From Eledone cirrhosa (lineage: Eukaryota), in NCBI GenBank assembly GCA_964016885.1, contig OZ024743.1, positions 207,638,001 to 207,702,000 of the forward strand: a stretch of DNA of 64,000 nucleotides, in the 5' to 3' direction. The translations under genes and the position numbers were made by a program. A model generated the notes under the pieces. The model searched no databases. It saw only the letters and a list, made by a program, of their open reading frames with translations, and was not told the DNA's origin. This document shows, piece after piece, positions 48,760-61,060 of this stretch; the first letter of the stretch is position 1, and the number at the start of each line of letters is the position of its first letter.

Positions 48760-50912
48760 AAATATTGTAGCTTTAGTAATGGTAATAGTCTACAATATAT
48801 AATATTGTAGCTTTAGTAATGGTAATAGTCTACAATATATAATATTGTAGCTTTAGTAATGGTAATAGTCTACAATATATAATATTGTAGCTTTAGTAAA
48901 GGTAATAGTCTACAGTATATAATATTGTAGCTTTAGTAATGGTAAGTCTACAGTATATAATATTGTAGCTTTAGTAAAGGTAATAGTCTACAATATATAA
49001 TATTGTAGCTTTAGTAAAGGTAATAGTCTACAATATATAATATTGTAGCTTTAGTAAAGGTAATAGTCTACAATATATAATATTGTAGCTTTAGTAATGG
49101 TAATAGTCTACAGTATATAATATTGTAGCTTTAGTAATGGTAAGTCTACAGTATATAATATTGTAGCTTTAGTAATGGTAAGTCTACAGTATATAATATT
49201 GTAGCTTTAGTAAAGGTAATAGTCTACAATATATAATATTGTAGCTTTAGTAATGGTAATAGTCTACAGTATATAATATTGTAGCTTTAGTAAAGGTAAT
49301 AGTCTACAATATATAATATTGTAGCTTTAGTAATGGTAATAGTCTACAATATATAATATTGTAGCTTTAGTAATGGTAATAGTCTACAATATATAATATT
49401 GTAGCTTTAGTAATGGTAATAGTCTACAATATATAATATTGTAGCTTTAGTAATGGTAATAGTCTACAATATATAATATTGTAGCTTTAGTAATAGTAAT
49501 AGTCTACAGTATATAATATTGTAGCTTTAGTAATGGTAATAGTCTACAGTATATAATATTGTAGCTTTAGTAATGGTAATAGTCTACAATATATAATATT
49601 GTAGCTTTAGTAATGGTAATAGTCTACAGTATATAATATTGTAGCTTTAGTAATGGTAATAGTCTACAATATATAATATTGTAGCTTTAGTAAAGGTAAT
49701 AGTCTACAGTATATAATATTGTAGCTTTAGTAAAGGTAATAGTCTACAATATATAATATTGTAGCTTTAGTAAAGGTAATAGTCTACAATATATAATATT
49801 GTAGCTTTAGTAAAGGTAATAGTCTACAGTATATAATATTGTAGCTTTAGTAAAGGTAATAGTCTACAATATATAATATTGTAGCTTTAGTAAAGGTAAT
49901 AGTCTACAATATATAATATTGTAGCTTTAGTAATGGTAATAGTCTACAATATATAATATTGTAGCTTTAGTAATGGTAATAGTCTACAGTATATAATATT
50001 GTAGCTTTAGTAATGGTAATAGTCTACAGTATATAATATTGTAGCTTTAGTAAAGGTAATAGTCTACAGTATATAATATTGTAGCTTTAGTAATGGTAAT
50101 AGTCTACAGTATATAATATTGTAGCTTTAGTAATGGTAATAGTCTACAGCATATAATATTGTAGCTTTAGTAAAGGTAATAGTCTATAGTATATAATATT
50201 GTAGCTTTAGTAATGGTAATAGTCTACAATATATAATATTGTAGCTTTAGTAAAGGTAATAGTCTACAGTATATAATATTGTAGCTTTAGTAATGGTAAT
50301 AGTCTACAGTATATAATATTGTAGCTTTAGTAATGGTAATAGTCTACAGCATATAATATTGTAGCTTTAGTAAAGGTAATAGTCTACAGTATATAATATT
50401 GTAGCTTTAGTAATGGTAATAGTCTACAATATATAATATTGTAGCTTTAGTAAAAGTATTAGGCTACAATATATAATATTGTAGCTTTAGTAATGGTAAT
50501 AGTCTACAATATATAATATTGTAGCTTTAGTAATGGTAATAGTCTACAATATATAATATTGTAGCTTTAGTAATGGTAATAGTCTACAGTATATAATATT
50601 GTAGCTTTAGTAATGGTAATAGTCTACAATATATAATATTGTAGCTTTAGTAATGGTAATAGTCTACAGTATATAATATTGTAGCTTTAGTAAAGGTAAT
50701 AGTCTACAATATATAATATTGTAGCTTTAGTAATGGTAATAGTCTACAATATATAATATTGTAGCTTTAGTAATGGTAATAGTCTACAATATATAATATT
50801 GTAGCTTTAGTAATGGTAATAGTCTACAATATATAATATTGTAGCTTTAGTAATGGTAATAGTCTACAATATATAATATTGTAGCTTTAGTAATGGTATC
50901 AGTCTACAATAT
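48760..50912 (+). repeat. 40-bp AT-rich minisatellite (~54 copies)
   Basis: Unit AATATTGTAGCTTTAGTAATGGTAATAGTCTACAATATAT. Confidence 0.97.
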
Positions 50913-51221
50913 AATTGTTTCTACTTTTTGGCACAAGGCCAGCAATTATCCCAGTGCATTACTGGTACTTTATTTTATCGACCCCGTAAGGATGAAAGGC
51001 AAAGTTAACCTCGGCAGGATTTGAACTCAGACCATAAAGGGCCGTATCGGTAGAGGGTCAGTCGCCATGCTTTGAAGCATAAAGTTATGGCCCTTTACGG
51101 TCTGAGTTCAAATCTTGCCGAGGTTAACTTTGCTTTTCATCCTAAGGGGGTCGATAAAATAAAGTACCAGTAATGCACTGGAGTAATTGCTGGCCTTGTG
51201 CCAAAAGTTTAAACAATTATT
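50911..51221. mobile_element. Head-to-head inverted pair of SINE copies
   Basis: 50911-51042 (-) and 51043-51221 (+) are the 48474-48660 family; ~130-bp complementary arms around a ~45-nt spacer. Confidence 0.9.
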
Positions 51222-51366
51222 CTATGTACTATACATGCACCTTTGATGAGTTGTAGTGCACCTGAGCACTGTACACAATGATTTTCATTATTACTATTAT
51301 ATTCCACAATGTTTCAAACAAACAATCACACCTTATCTTAAATGTTTCTTTTTTTCCTATTTCTAG

Positions 51367-51427
51367 TTGTTTGGTTTTATAATTTCCTGCATCACTATCT
51401 ACATGTACACAGAAGAAGATGAGAGCT
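51367..51427 (+). CDS. NKAIN: Next NKAIN coding exon (end of last TM helix and acidic juxtamembrane motif)
   Basis: Acceptor TTTCTTTTTTTCCTATTTCTAG, donor GTAAGT, 61 nt, phase 0-1. LFGFIISCITIYMYTEEDES matches the NKAIN pattern L.GF..aC......EEeds and joins in frame with 9407-9619. Confidence 0.9.
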
Positions 51428-52825
51428 GTAAGTACATAACAACTACTAGCACTTACACTCGCCCCAAAGACCGTGACAGCGGTGCCAAGTATCAGCCTGT
51501 ACAGCTACGAGACAGCTGGGCACTCCCCACCTATGTGTCATACACGGAGAGCTTGGACTGGTCATCCTCTGCTCAGTCATCATCAGTTTGACCGCTACCT
51601 GCACACCTGTGGCTCTATCTCCGTCCAACTACCACCCTGACTTCTCCTACTACCACTACTACTACTGCTACTACTACTATCTTAGATTGCAGCTTGCCAT
51701 CCCTGCAGCCTCAGGTGCGTGATATTTCACTGCAGCATTAGTCTTCCTAGACCCAATTCTTAATGGTCACAACATAACCAGTTGGTTGTGTTTATGTCGT
51801 ACACCAGTATTTTAAGTATTGTACTCTTTTGTACTCTTGTTTTTATGCCCACCGATGGCAGTAGTCATTAGATTTTCTTATGACAATGCTATCTAACCTT
51901 TGGAATAACTTGCTAGGCCTCCCATTAGATTATCCTTATACCAGAGTCGTTCCTTAACTGGGGTCTAATAATGTAATTTCATTTGCTTACTTCAGAATTT
52001 CATTTATCCCACTTTATTTTCATATTAAGGAAAAAGTTGTTTTTCTTTGTTATTTTTTTATTCCTCTGACAATTTACTTTATCTCTCATATTTCCATGAC
52101 TGTAACATCTCACAATCTTGTCTGAAACTTACATCCTCAAAGATAAGAAGTAAAATTCCATTTTTATAAATTTTCTATTTCAATTTTTTTTTAAAGGCCC
52201 CCTCTCAAAAAAAAAACAGAAGTAGACATGACATAAAAATATTTACGTGTCCCCTTATTGTTAAGCAAAATTATAACAAAATAACAAAAAAGATTCCTAA
52301 AGTATTTATTATGAGTTTTAATATTCAGTTATTTAACTCATAACATCCTGTAGTGCAAATTAGACCCATCAACTGATGTACACTTTAGGTAATACTATAT
52401 ATTCTCAAGAGAGCATTTGTGTGTGACAGAGAAGAGAGATACACAATCTTAACAAAAGACAATAACCAAGAAACAATATTGTTGATTGTTTCTCTCTGTC
52501 ACTGCTAGAACAAAAGGCTGACAATGGTCATCTAAAACACATAACGTAATGAGGCTGTTTGCTTGTAAACAAATTGTATATCATTATCATTCGATATAAA
52601 ACTCATGAATGCATCCTGTAATGATTCAGCAGAAAATGTTTTAAAATGGTTTTGTTAATTCAAATGTTTATAGTGTCTTTACTGATGGATAGACCATTGT
52701 TAATTCAAATGTTTATAGTGTCTTTACTTATGGACAAACTATTGTGAAAGACTTTCATACTTAATGTGATGCTGTCAATTATGCTAAAAACATTTTATGT
52801 ATGCATGGTTGTTAATTTATTAAAT

Positions 52826-53030
52826 AATTTGAAAATTGAATCAGAAGATCTCGCTGTAATTTTCACTAAATAAAACAGTCTAAGAATAACAGGACATTAA
52901 AGACAGGTATCAGCTCCCTTAGGATCTGATACCTGTCTGTTTCCATTCAGTGAGTTATACACCCCGTTATTATTAGATTATTTTATTTAGTCAAAGTTAC
53001 AGTGAAAGATTCTAATTCAATTTTCAAATT
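52826..53030. mobile_element. Imperfect ~200-bp foldback (MITE-like)
   Basis: Outer arms AATTTGAAAATTGAATCAGAA.../...TTCTAATTCAATTTTCAAATT; inner hairpin AGACAGGTATCAG/CTGATACCTGTCT. Confidence 0.6.
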
Positions 53031-53208
53031 CAACTCACCATTTTCTAAACAACATGATTCCTTATTAAATAATATTTTTTAAAAGCAGGTGCATTCCAAT
53101 TCTAAGATGTAAAGAAAACTATTAATAAATGAAATACAATAGTGACAAACACCACAGATATTTGATATTTTTAAAAGCAAAATATTTTTACCATTAAGTT
53201 ATCAATTA

Positions 53209-53426
53209 GGGCAGTGGATTGGCAGTAATCAGTTGAACGTTGGACAACATGCTTTGTGGCATAGAGTTAAGGCCCTTTACGTCCTGAGTTCAAATCCCAC
53301 CGAGGTTAGCTTTGCCTTTCATTCTTATAGGGTTGATAAAATAAAGTGCCAGTAATGCACTGGGGTTGATTTAATTGACTTTCTCGTTCCCTTCAAATTG
53401 CTGGCCTTGTGCCTAAAGAAACAATT
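53209..53426 (+). mobile_element. Full-length tRNA-derived SINE with 16-bp TSD
   Basis: A/B boxes (TGGCAGTAATCAG, GAGTTCAAATCC); TSD ATTAAGTTATCAATTA at 53193-53208 and ATTAAGTCATCAATTA at 53427-53442. Confidence 0.88.
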
Positions 53427-53787
53427 ATTAAGTCATCAATTAAATCCTAGATATTCATGTGTTGCTATTTTAGATTTGGTAGAGGGTGTTAAGAGTTAAG
53501 AAAGTATGTTGTGTTGGGGGAAGACAGCTTTCAAGTAACAAACAACAACAACGTTTTAACCTTTATACATGTTATGGTAGCATTTGTATGTTGTCTTTAA
53601 TCTATTGTTGTTATAGTAACCTAGATGACAATGACAACAGCACACCTCTCTCTCTTTCTATCACATTTCTTATTGTGGATTTTGGCAAGGTTTTATTCTA
53701 TTTTTAATATTTAATATTCAGATACTTAGAAAAATGTTATTATTATAGATTGTGTCAGGATTTCATTTATTTTTACTATTTAATATT

Positions 53788-54055
53788 CATCGTCACCATC
53801 AACGTTTTTACAGCCATTTTTCCATGCTTGCATGAGTTGGATGGATCCTTCTCAGCACAGCATCTCTCCACTCATTGCATTCCTTCATAATCTTCTCTGT
53901 GAATCTCACTGATTTGAAGTCAGCTCTCACTACCTCTGCCCAGGTCTTCCTTGGTCTACCTTACTGCAGCTTCCATCCACTGGGATCTCCTGGCACTTCT
54001 TCACTCATGGGCATCACATGTCCGTACCAATGCAGACTTCTCTCTTACTGACCCC
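53788..54055 (-). mobile_element. Decayed RTE 3' end
   Basis: Minus strand RSLHWYGHVM at ~54040-54010, followed by the CATGCAAGCATGGAAAA tail. Confidence 0.7.
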
Positions 54056-54289
54056 TTCCGATTTCTCTTAAACTCAGTTCATCCAGGCTCTGCCTCTTTC
54101 TCACAGTCAAGTACTGGGGTTTATTTAATCAACTTTGCTTTTCCTCCAACTTTGCTGGCCTTGTGCTTAAATTAGAAAGCAATTGTTACTAATTGTGAAA
54201 TTAAGTCAACCGAGATAAAATTCCTTACAGATTCTAATTTCGTCCATCTATATTCCGAGTTGTTTAGCTCTGAGGAAGCTTCAAAGAAG

Positions 54290-54595
54290 CAAACCTATCT
54301 TTTATGCTGTTCCAGTCATGTCCATTTTGTCTTACCTATAGTCATGAATCTTGGGTAATGACCGAAAGAATACCAATGTGAATACAAGTGACCGAAATGG
54401 GATCCCTCCAAAGGGTCTTTAGAGTAACACTACTTGATAATGTGTAGCTGAGAGATGAGGGAGTTGCTCCAAGTAGAGCCGCTACTGCTTTGAATAGATC
54501 ACAGCTCTAATACTATGGGTGTGTGGTTAGAATGTCTCAGGAAAGAATCACTGGACAGGTTTTACGGGCAAAACCAACCAGAGTAGTAGGAGGAT
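54290..54595 (+). mobile_element. Decayed RTE (Expander-like) C-terminal fragment
   Basis: Piecewise translation YSHESWVMTERI..IQVTEMG..LLQVEPLLL..YYGCVVRMSQERI..LRAKPT, with stops and frameshifts. Confidence 0.7.
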
Positions 54596-54814
54596 AATGG
54601 AAGTAATATTTTCAACTTTGATATTTCAGTTACACTTAAAGTATGTTATCAAGATAAATATTTAACATTTTTAGGACTATTGATACATATCCTGGTTTTC
54701 TATATAACATTCTTTTAATCAGTCCAATTTCCAGTTGTCTTAAGATTAACAAGAAATAATTAGTTTATTAATTGGTTCATTATCTCTAGCTCACCCTTGA
54801 TTATCTCTCTCTCT

Positions 54815-55030
54815 ACTCATCATGATCATCACTGTTTAACGTCCATTTACTACATTAGCATGGGTTAGACAAGTTGTCCCATTGTAAGACAAATCAGGTT
54901 GGATGACCATGTCTTGCTCATACAGAACTGTTTCTGGCTTGGTTTCTACAGCTGGATGCCCTTCCTAATGCCAACCACCTTTACAGCGTGTGCTGGATGC
55001 TTTTTGTTGTCACTTACACGACCACTTTAT
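54815..55030 (-). mobile_element. RTE-related SINE tail
   Basis: GTTTAACGTCCA...TAGCATGGGTTAGAC...CTACAGCTGGATGCCCTTCCTAATGCCAACC. Confidence 0.78.
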
Positions 55031-55507
55031 GGGATTTCTAGAAATGTACTTTTTTTGTCATGTATAATGTTTTTTTAATGTATAAAAAAAATGAATTGTT
55101 GCAGGAATGTTACCATTTAAAATAAAATTTCGCTGGAGATAGACTAGCAAAATTTAATAAATAGCGGAGTTGGAATAAGTGGGGTGTTGGAAAAAATCTG
55201 AAAAATTAATAAGAGAGGGTGGTGGGGACGATCATTCAAGACCTGAAAGTAGATAAGGTGAAATACAGAAACTGATCTTCTCTTTAGATTCTCAAGAAAA
55301 TCAATTTCCCCAAGATCATATCAAATCTTCAAAATTTCACCCCTCAATAATTCATTTTCAATCCTTTACTCCACTCCCCTAGTCAGACATTCTCCTGATA
55401 GGAGCTGGACATGTTATTTATTGCTTGTCATACATCAAAAGACCCTCTTTTTGGCAAAGAAAACATTTGTTCTGTTGATAGGGATTTGTGTGAAATTGTT
55501 CATAGTA

Positions 55508-55782
55508 TTCTCTCATTTTCTTTGTCTCTTATTCTTTTTGTGTCTTCTCTCTCTGTCTCTCATTCTCTGTCTTTCATACTCTCTCTCTCTTCTCTCTCTC
55601 TCTCTCTCTCTCATTCTCTCTCTCATCCTCTCTCTCATTCTCTCTCTCATCCTCTCTCTCATTCTCTCACTCTCTCATTCTCACTCTCTCTCATTATCTC
55701 TCTCATTCTTGCTCTCTCTCTCATTCTCCTAAACTTTCTCTCTCTCTCTCGTTTTTCTTCTTCCTCCTCCTCTTCTTCTTTG
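55508..55782. repeat. (CT)n-rich microsatellite
   Basis: Direct inspection; a similar CT-rich tract lies at 9230-9358. Confidence 0.9.
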
Positions 55783-56214
55783 TTCCATATTATCGACAAG
55801 GTGGTTGTTGTTGCTTCACTTTCACTGATCACAGATCAATTGCAGCATGAAATAACATCTTCTGTTGACCAACAGCTATCTGCTGCTGTCAACAACAGAT
55901 CCACTCTTTCTAATTGTTACTATGGTTGCAGTCTTGCTTAAATAACAACAACAACAATAATAATAACAATAATAATAATACCAATAACAACTTTGGTAGT
56001 TTTGAGTGGCTATTTTGATATAACATTCTAACACTCTAACCTCTTACTAATTCTTTGATATTTCTTCACTTGTGTATCTGGATTTTATTTTCTTATAATC
56101 CCTCTTAGTGACTAGTACACTGTTTGAACATGTGTGTATGTATATATATATAGGTGTGTGTGTGTGTGTAAGTGTGTATATATGGATATATACATAAATA
56201 TATATATATATATA

Positions 56215-57295
56215 TACAACGTTTGTCCCAAAAGCAAGGCTACTGATTTTTCTATGTACGATATGGTAACACAAGCACCTGTTGATGTATGTAGGCATTT
56301 CTGTTATAATCTTTGCTGCACATACATACTTGATTCAACATGATTGATTGAGTCAGTCATGGTTATTGTTGTTTATATACAGACGTGTTTATAACTTCTG
56401 TTATGTTTGTGATGCAGGAAAATATTAAACAACAGTATGTGATAAAAGTTTGTGAGAAACTCAACAAATTTGCCACCATAACATTTAATTATTTTAACAA
56501 AAGCTTATGGAGATGCCACACTATTGAGAAGTAAGGTTTTTAAGTGGCACAAAGCTTTCAAAGAGAGCCAAGAAAATGTTGAAGACGAACATCATTCTGG
56601 AAGGTCACTTGTCTGTTGGAAATTTTTCAGGATTTGCTAGAAAGACTCGAATTTGATTCAAATTTCTTGGATAAAGTAATAACAGGAGATGAATCAAAGG
56701 TGTTTGTGTATGATCCAGAGACAAAATGACAAAGTGAGGAGTGGCACCTGAACATTTCTTGTCCAAAGAACGCAGTGATGAGCAGATCCAGGTGCAAGAG
56801 CCATGGTATTGTTCACAAAGAGTTTTTATCTCCAGGACAGACAGTTAATCACACCTTTTGCAAAGATGTCTTGGAACAACTTTGAAAATGGAGCCAACGA
56901 GTCTGAAATGACATTGCAGGAGATTGGATACTGCACCACAATAATATGCCTGCTCACACAGCACTTCCAATTAGAGAATTTGTGGTGATGAAAACCATTC
57001 TTACTCTTCCACATCCTTCCTGCAGCCCAGATTTAGCTTCCTTAAGCTGAAATCAAAGTTGAAGGGTCATCATTTGAGGACTATAGAAAACATACAAAAA
57101 ATTGTAACTGATGAGCTTAGGACACTCACAGATATTGACATCAGGTACTGGTATGATCAATGGAAAAAAAACGTTGGAACCACTGTGTGACTTCCCAAGG
57201 GTTGTATTCTGAAAGAGATAACTTGTAATTTCATGTACGTCTAATATGTATGTATGGTACCATAACTCCTGATAGTTGTAGGGGCACTGTATTGA
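56215..57295 (+). pseudogene. Tc1/mariner (mariner-type) transposase relic, internally deleted
   Basis: Piecewise QYVIKVCEKLNK..KAYGDATL..KVFKWHKAFKESQENVEDEHHSGR; FLDKVITGDES..YDPETK*QSEEWH; WILHHNNMPAHTA; LPHPSCSPDLA. TIRs are not clearly paired, so the ends are approximate. Confidence 0.88.
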
Positions 57296-57416
57296 CATAC
57301 AGCTTTTCTTGGGAATTTTAAGCCTGGTCTAAGTACACTAAGTACAGCAGATTTCTTCCAGAGAAAGATAGAAAGTGAGAGAGAGAAGAAGTGGGAAAGA
57401 GATATAGAGGTAGAAT

Positions 57417-57532
57417 CGACCCCAGTATTAGACTGGTACTTATTTTTATTGACCTCGAAAGGATGAAATGCAAAGTTGACCTCAGTGGGATTTGAACTCA
57501 GAGAGCAAAGAGCTGGAATGAATACTACAAAG
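57417..57532 (-). mobile_element. tRNA-derived SINE fragment
   Basis: CTGGTACTTATTTTTATTGACCTCGAAAGGATGAAATGCAAAGTTGACCTCAGTGGGATTTGAACTCAG. Confidence 0.75.
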
Positions 57533-58156
57533 TATTCTCATTAGTTGTTTCTATTTTGACACTGTACTTTTGAATGACAAAGCCATACAATTACAATTAA
57601 TTTATCTTAATATTTTCTCCCTGACTAAGATATCTTAAATTTGACACATAAGATTTTAATGCCCACCTGGCCAATACCTGAAAGCCAGTACCATGCAGTA
57701 GAAATATATAAAGGGCAAAGGATGACAAATAAAACTAGACAAAGTATATTTTACCTAGTATATTTTAACATGATATTCAGGACTAGTACCCTCTTTTTAA
57801 TATTACTTCATCCCAACAATCTGCTACTTGCAAAATACTAAAAAACAACAACAAAAAAAAACAAAACAAGACCTTGCTGTCTATGTATCCTTAAAACCAT
57901 TGTGATCCTGTTAGTTTATTTCTCTTTGGAAACTGAAGGGTTCCAGTTTAGTTTAGCCTTCAGCTGAGAGCTGTTGCATGCTGCTTTTCACCTGGCAAGT
58001 TAGTCCATTGGCTGTTTAATATTTGTCATTGTTTAATTTTTTAACTCTTCCTTTCATTTTCTTTTCAATGTTAATAATGTACATACATCTATATGTGTAT
58101 GAATATGCATATCTATTTGTGTACATATTTGTGTGTATGTGTATATATATATATAT

Positions 58157-58540
58157 ATCATCATCATCATTTTACGTCTGCTTTTCCCTGCTTGCAAGGG
58201 TGGGACGGGAACAGATTCTGGCTTGATTTCTACAGCTGGATGCCCTTCCTAACACCAACCGCATTTACAGTGAGTGCTGGGTGCTTTTTTTTGTGGCGCC
58301 TACACGTCCACTTTACAGTGTGGACTGGGTGATTTTTTTGCCGTGACACCTCCACGACCACTTTGCACTGGAATGATAGGGACCGCAGTCCTATCATCTC
58401 ATTTCTCCAGCTGAGTAAACTGGAGCAATGTGAAATGAAGTGTCTTGCTCAAGGAAACAACACATCACCCGGTCTGAGAATTGAACTCACAACCTTTCGA
58501 TTGCAAGCCCAATGCTCTAACCACTAAGCAATGTGCCTCC
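58157..58540 (-). mobile_element. CORE-type SINE head (58405-58540) joined to an RTE-related tail (58157-58368)
   Basis: Minus-strand head GGAGGCACATTGCTTAGTGGTTAGAG...GAGTTCAATTC; tail carries two copies of the ~45-bp module and ends in (ATG)n at a (TA)n tract. Confidence 0.75.
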
Positions 58541-58746
58541 ATATGTATATATATATACATACACACATACATATGTACACACAAATATATACATGTAGCT
58601 GTGGTTTGTTACATTATATGTTGCCTGTTTGATTGCCATATATTTATTTATTTATTTGTTTGTTTTTTTGCTAATTATTGTCCTTAGAAAAATTATCAGA
58701 ATGTCTGTTAATCAGTATTAATACTACACATAGTATACCTCAAGCT

Positions 58747-58931
58747 ATATATATATTAATATATTGGAAAATGTGTGAAATCCTTGGTGCAGTTAAGTAT
58801 ATTTGAAAAAAGGAAAAGAATGATTTCACTTGTAGTTCTAAACAATTTGATTTAATTTTATATTATTATCATATTATAAAATTAAATCAAGTTGTTTAGA
58901 ATTACAAGTGAAGTAATTATTTTCCTTTTTT

Positions 58932-58982
<51 letters not shown>

Positions 58983-59182
58983 ATATTTTGGGAGGGTCAT
59001 GCTGCTAATAAAAACACACGCACCTGTTGGTTTTCACTTCAATTTATTATAAATTTCCAGTTGGTTTGTTTAATAACCATGTGCATGTGTTTTTATTAGC
59101 AACATGACCCTCCCAAAGTATAACAATATCTGTTACAACACACACATTTTCTGATAAGAAATCTTTCAAAACAAATACAAAA

Positions 59183-59222
<40 letters not shown>

Positions 59223-59644
59223 TAATATATTTGATAAACACAAATACCAACATATCCGTGTTTGTATTGTAAATGACTAAGTTAGCTAGATTGAAAAATA
59301 CTAATTATAATAATACAGTTTGCCTGTCTCAATTTAAAATAATAAATCAATAAAAACAAAGCATATTGGCAAATGGCCGTGGTGCTTGGACAAATTTAAA
59401 TTTCAAAATCAAACCTGTTCCGTAGACAGGTTTAAACCTTAAAATCCATTGGATTTTAAGGTTTAAACCTATTTTTCAATCTAGCTAACTTGGTCATTTA
59501 CAATACAAACACGGATATGTTGGTATTTGTGTTTATCAAATATATTAATTTATATTAACTTGTATTACACGGCTCAGAAATACTTCTTTCTTTGAGCTAT
59601 TTCATTGTAAAGGACTGCCTGAGTTTTGAACTCATTATTAATAG
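58747..59644. mobile_element. Three stacked palindromic inserts in one (TA)n tract
   Basis: Inverted arms at ~58799-58938, at 58975-59023/59081-59129 and at ~59215-59300/59470-59555, each with a one-sided tail and separated by (TA)n. Confidence 0.7.
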
Positions 59645-60116
59645 TATATATATATATATATATATACATATATATACATATATATATATATACACACACA
59701 CACACAAGTTATTTAACCAAACTACTTGATCTCGTCTGTAACTGATATAACGCATGAGGAATGTATGTCTAAACTCCTGTTTGTTATGAAACTCTCTTCA
59801 ATTATATATAGTTATATATACTTATATATACTTATGTCTTGCCTGAGTTTTCTTCTCTGGTATTTGTAATCATTGTCTTCTTTATTTATCTTCAGCTTGT
59901 TAACAACATGTCACTTATGTCACTCTAATTATTGTTGTTGTTGTTGCTCTTAATTCTTAATTCTCTCTTTCATATAACATTTCAGTGTGCAGCAGTCATT
60001 TTTTACGTTTATAGTATAGATTGTTATAAATGTTGTTTTGAGTTCTTGCTCTTAAAATTTCTCTGTGTGTATAAATGTATGTATATGTGTGTGTGTCTGT
60101 ATCTGTCTATGTGTGT

Positions 60117-61042
60117 CATCATCATCATTGTTTAACGTCTATTTTCCATGCTAGCATGGGTTAAATGAGCTGTCCCATTGTGAGATAATCCAGTTCAGGT
60201 GACAATGTCTTGCTCATTCAGAACTGATTTGGGTTTGGTTTCTACAGCTGGATGCTCTTCCTAATACCAACCACATTTACAGAGTGGACTGGGCACTTTT
60301 TGTCATGACACCTACACGACCACTTTATATTGTGAGCTGGGCACTTTTTGTCATGACACCTACACGACCACTTTATATTGTGAGCTGGGCACTTTTTGTC
60401 ATGACACCTACACGACCACTTTATATTGTGAGCTGGGCACTTTTTGTCATGACACCTACATGACCACTTTATATTGTGGACTGGGCACTTTTTGTCATGA
60501 CACCTACAAGACCAATATACATTGTGGACTGGGCATTTTTTGTCATGACACTTACACGAACACTTTATATTGTGAGCTGGGCACTTTCTGTCATGACACC
60601 TACACGACCAATTTATATTGTGGACTGGGCACTTTTTGTCATGACACCTACACGACCACTTTACAGTGTGTACTGGGTGCTTTTTGTCATGACACCTACA
60701 CGGCCACTTTATATTGTGGGCTGGGCACTTTTTGTCATGAAACCTACACCACCACTTTATATTGTGAGCTGGGCACTTTTTGTCATGACACCTACACAAC
60801 CACTTTATATTGTGGGCTGGGCACTTTTTGTCATGACACCTATACGACCACTTTACAGTGTGTACTGGGTGCTTTTTGTCATGACACCTACAAGACCAAT
60901 ATACATTGTGGACTGGGCACTTTTTGTCATGACACCTACATGACCACTTTACAGTGTGTACTGGGTGCTTTTTGTCATGGCACCTACACGACCACTTTAC
61001 AGTGTGTACTGGGTGCTTTTTGTCATGACACCTACAAGACCA
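60117..61042 (-). repeat. RTE-related SINE tail whose 45-bp module is amplified ~17 times (60272-61042)
   Basis: Unit CTGGGCACTTTTTGTCATGACACCTACACGACCACTTTATATTGTGAG-like, continuous with the tail at 60117-60271. Confidence 0.9.
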
Positions 61043-61060
61043 ATATATATATATATATAT

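Noticed and set aside
54268-54298. Hammerhead-like CTGAGGA-AGCTTCAAAGAAGC-AAAC
   Set aside because: Lacks the G of GAAA after the stem and adjoins a decayed RTE coding fragment; likely coincidence.
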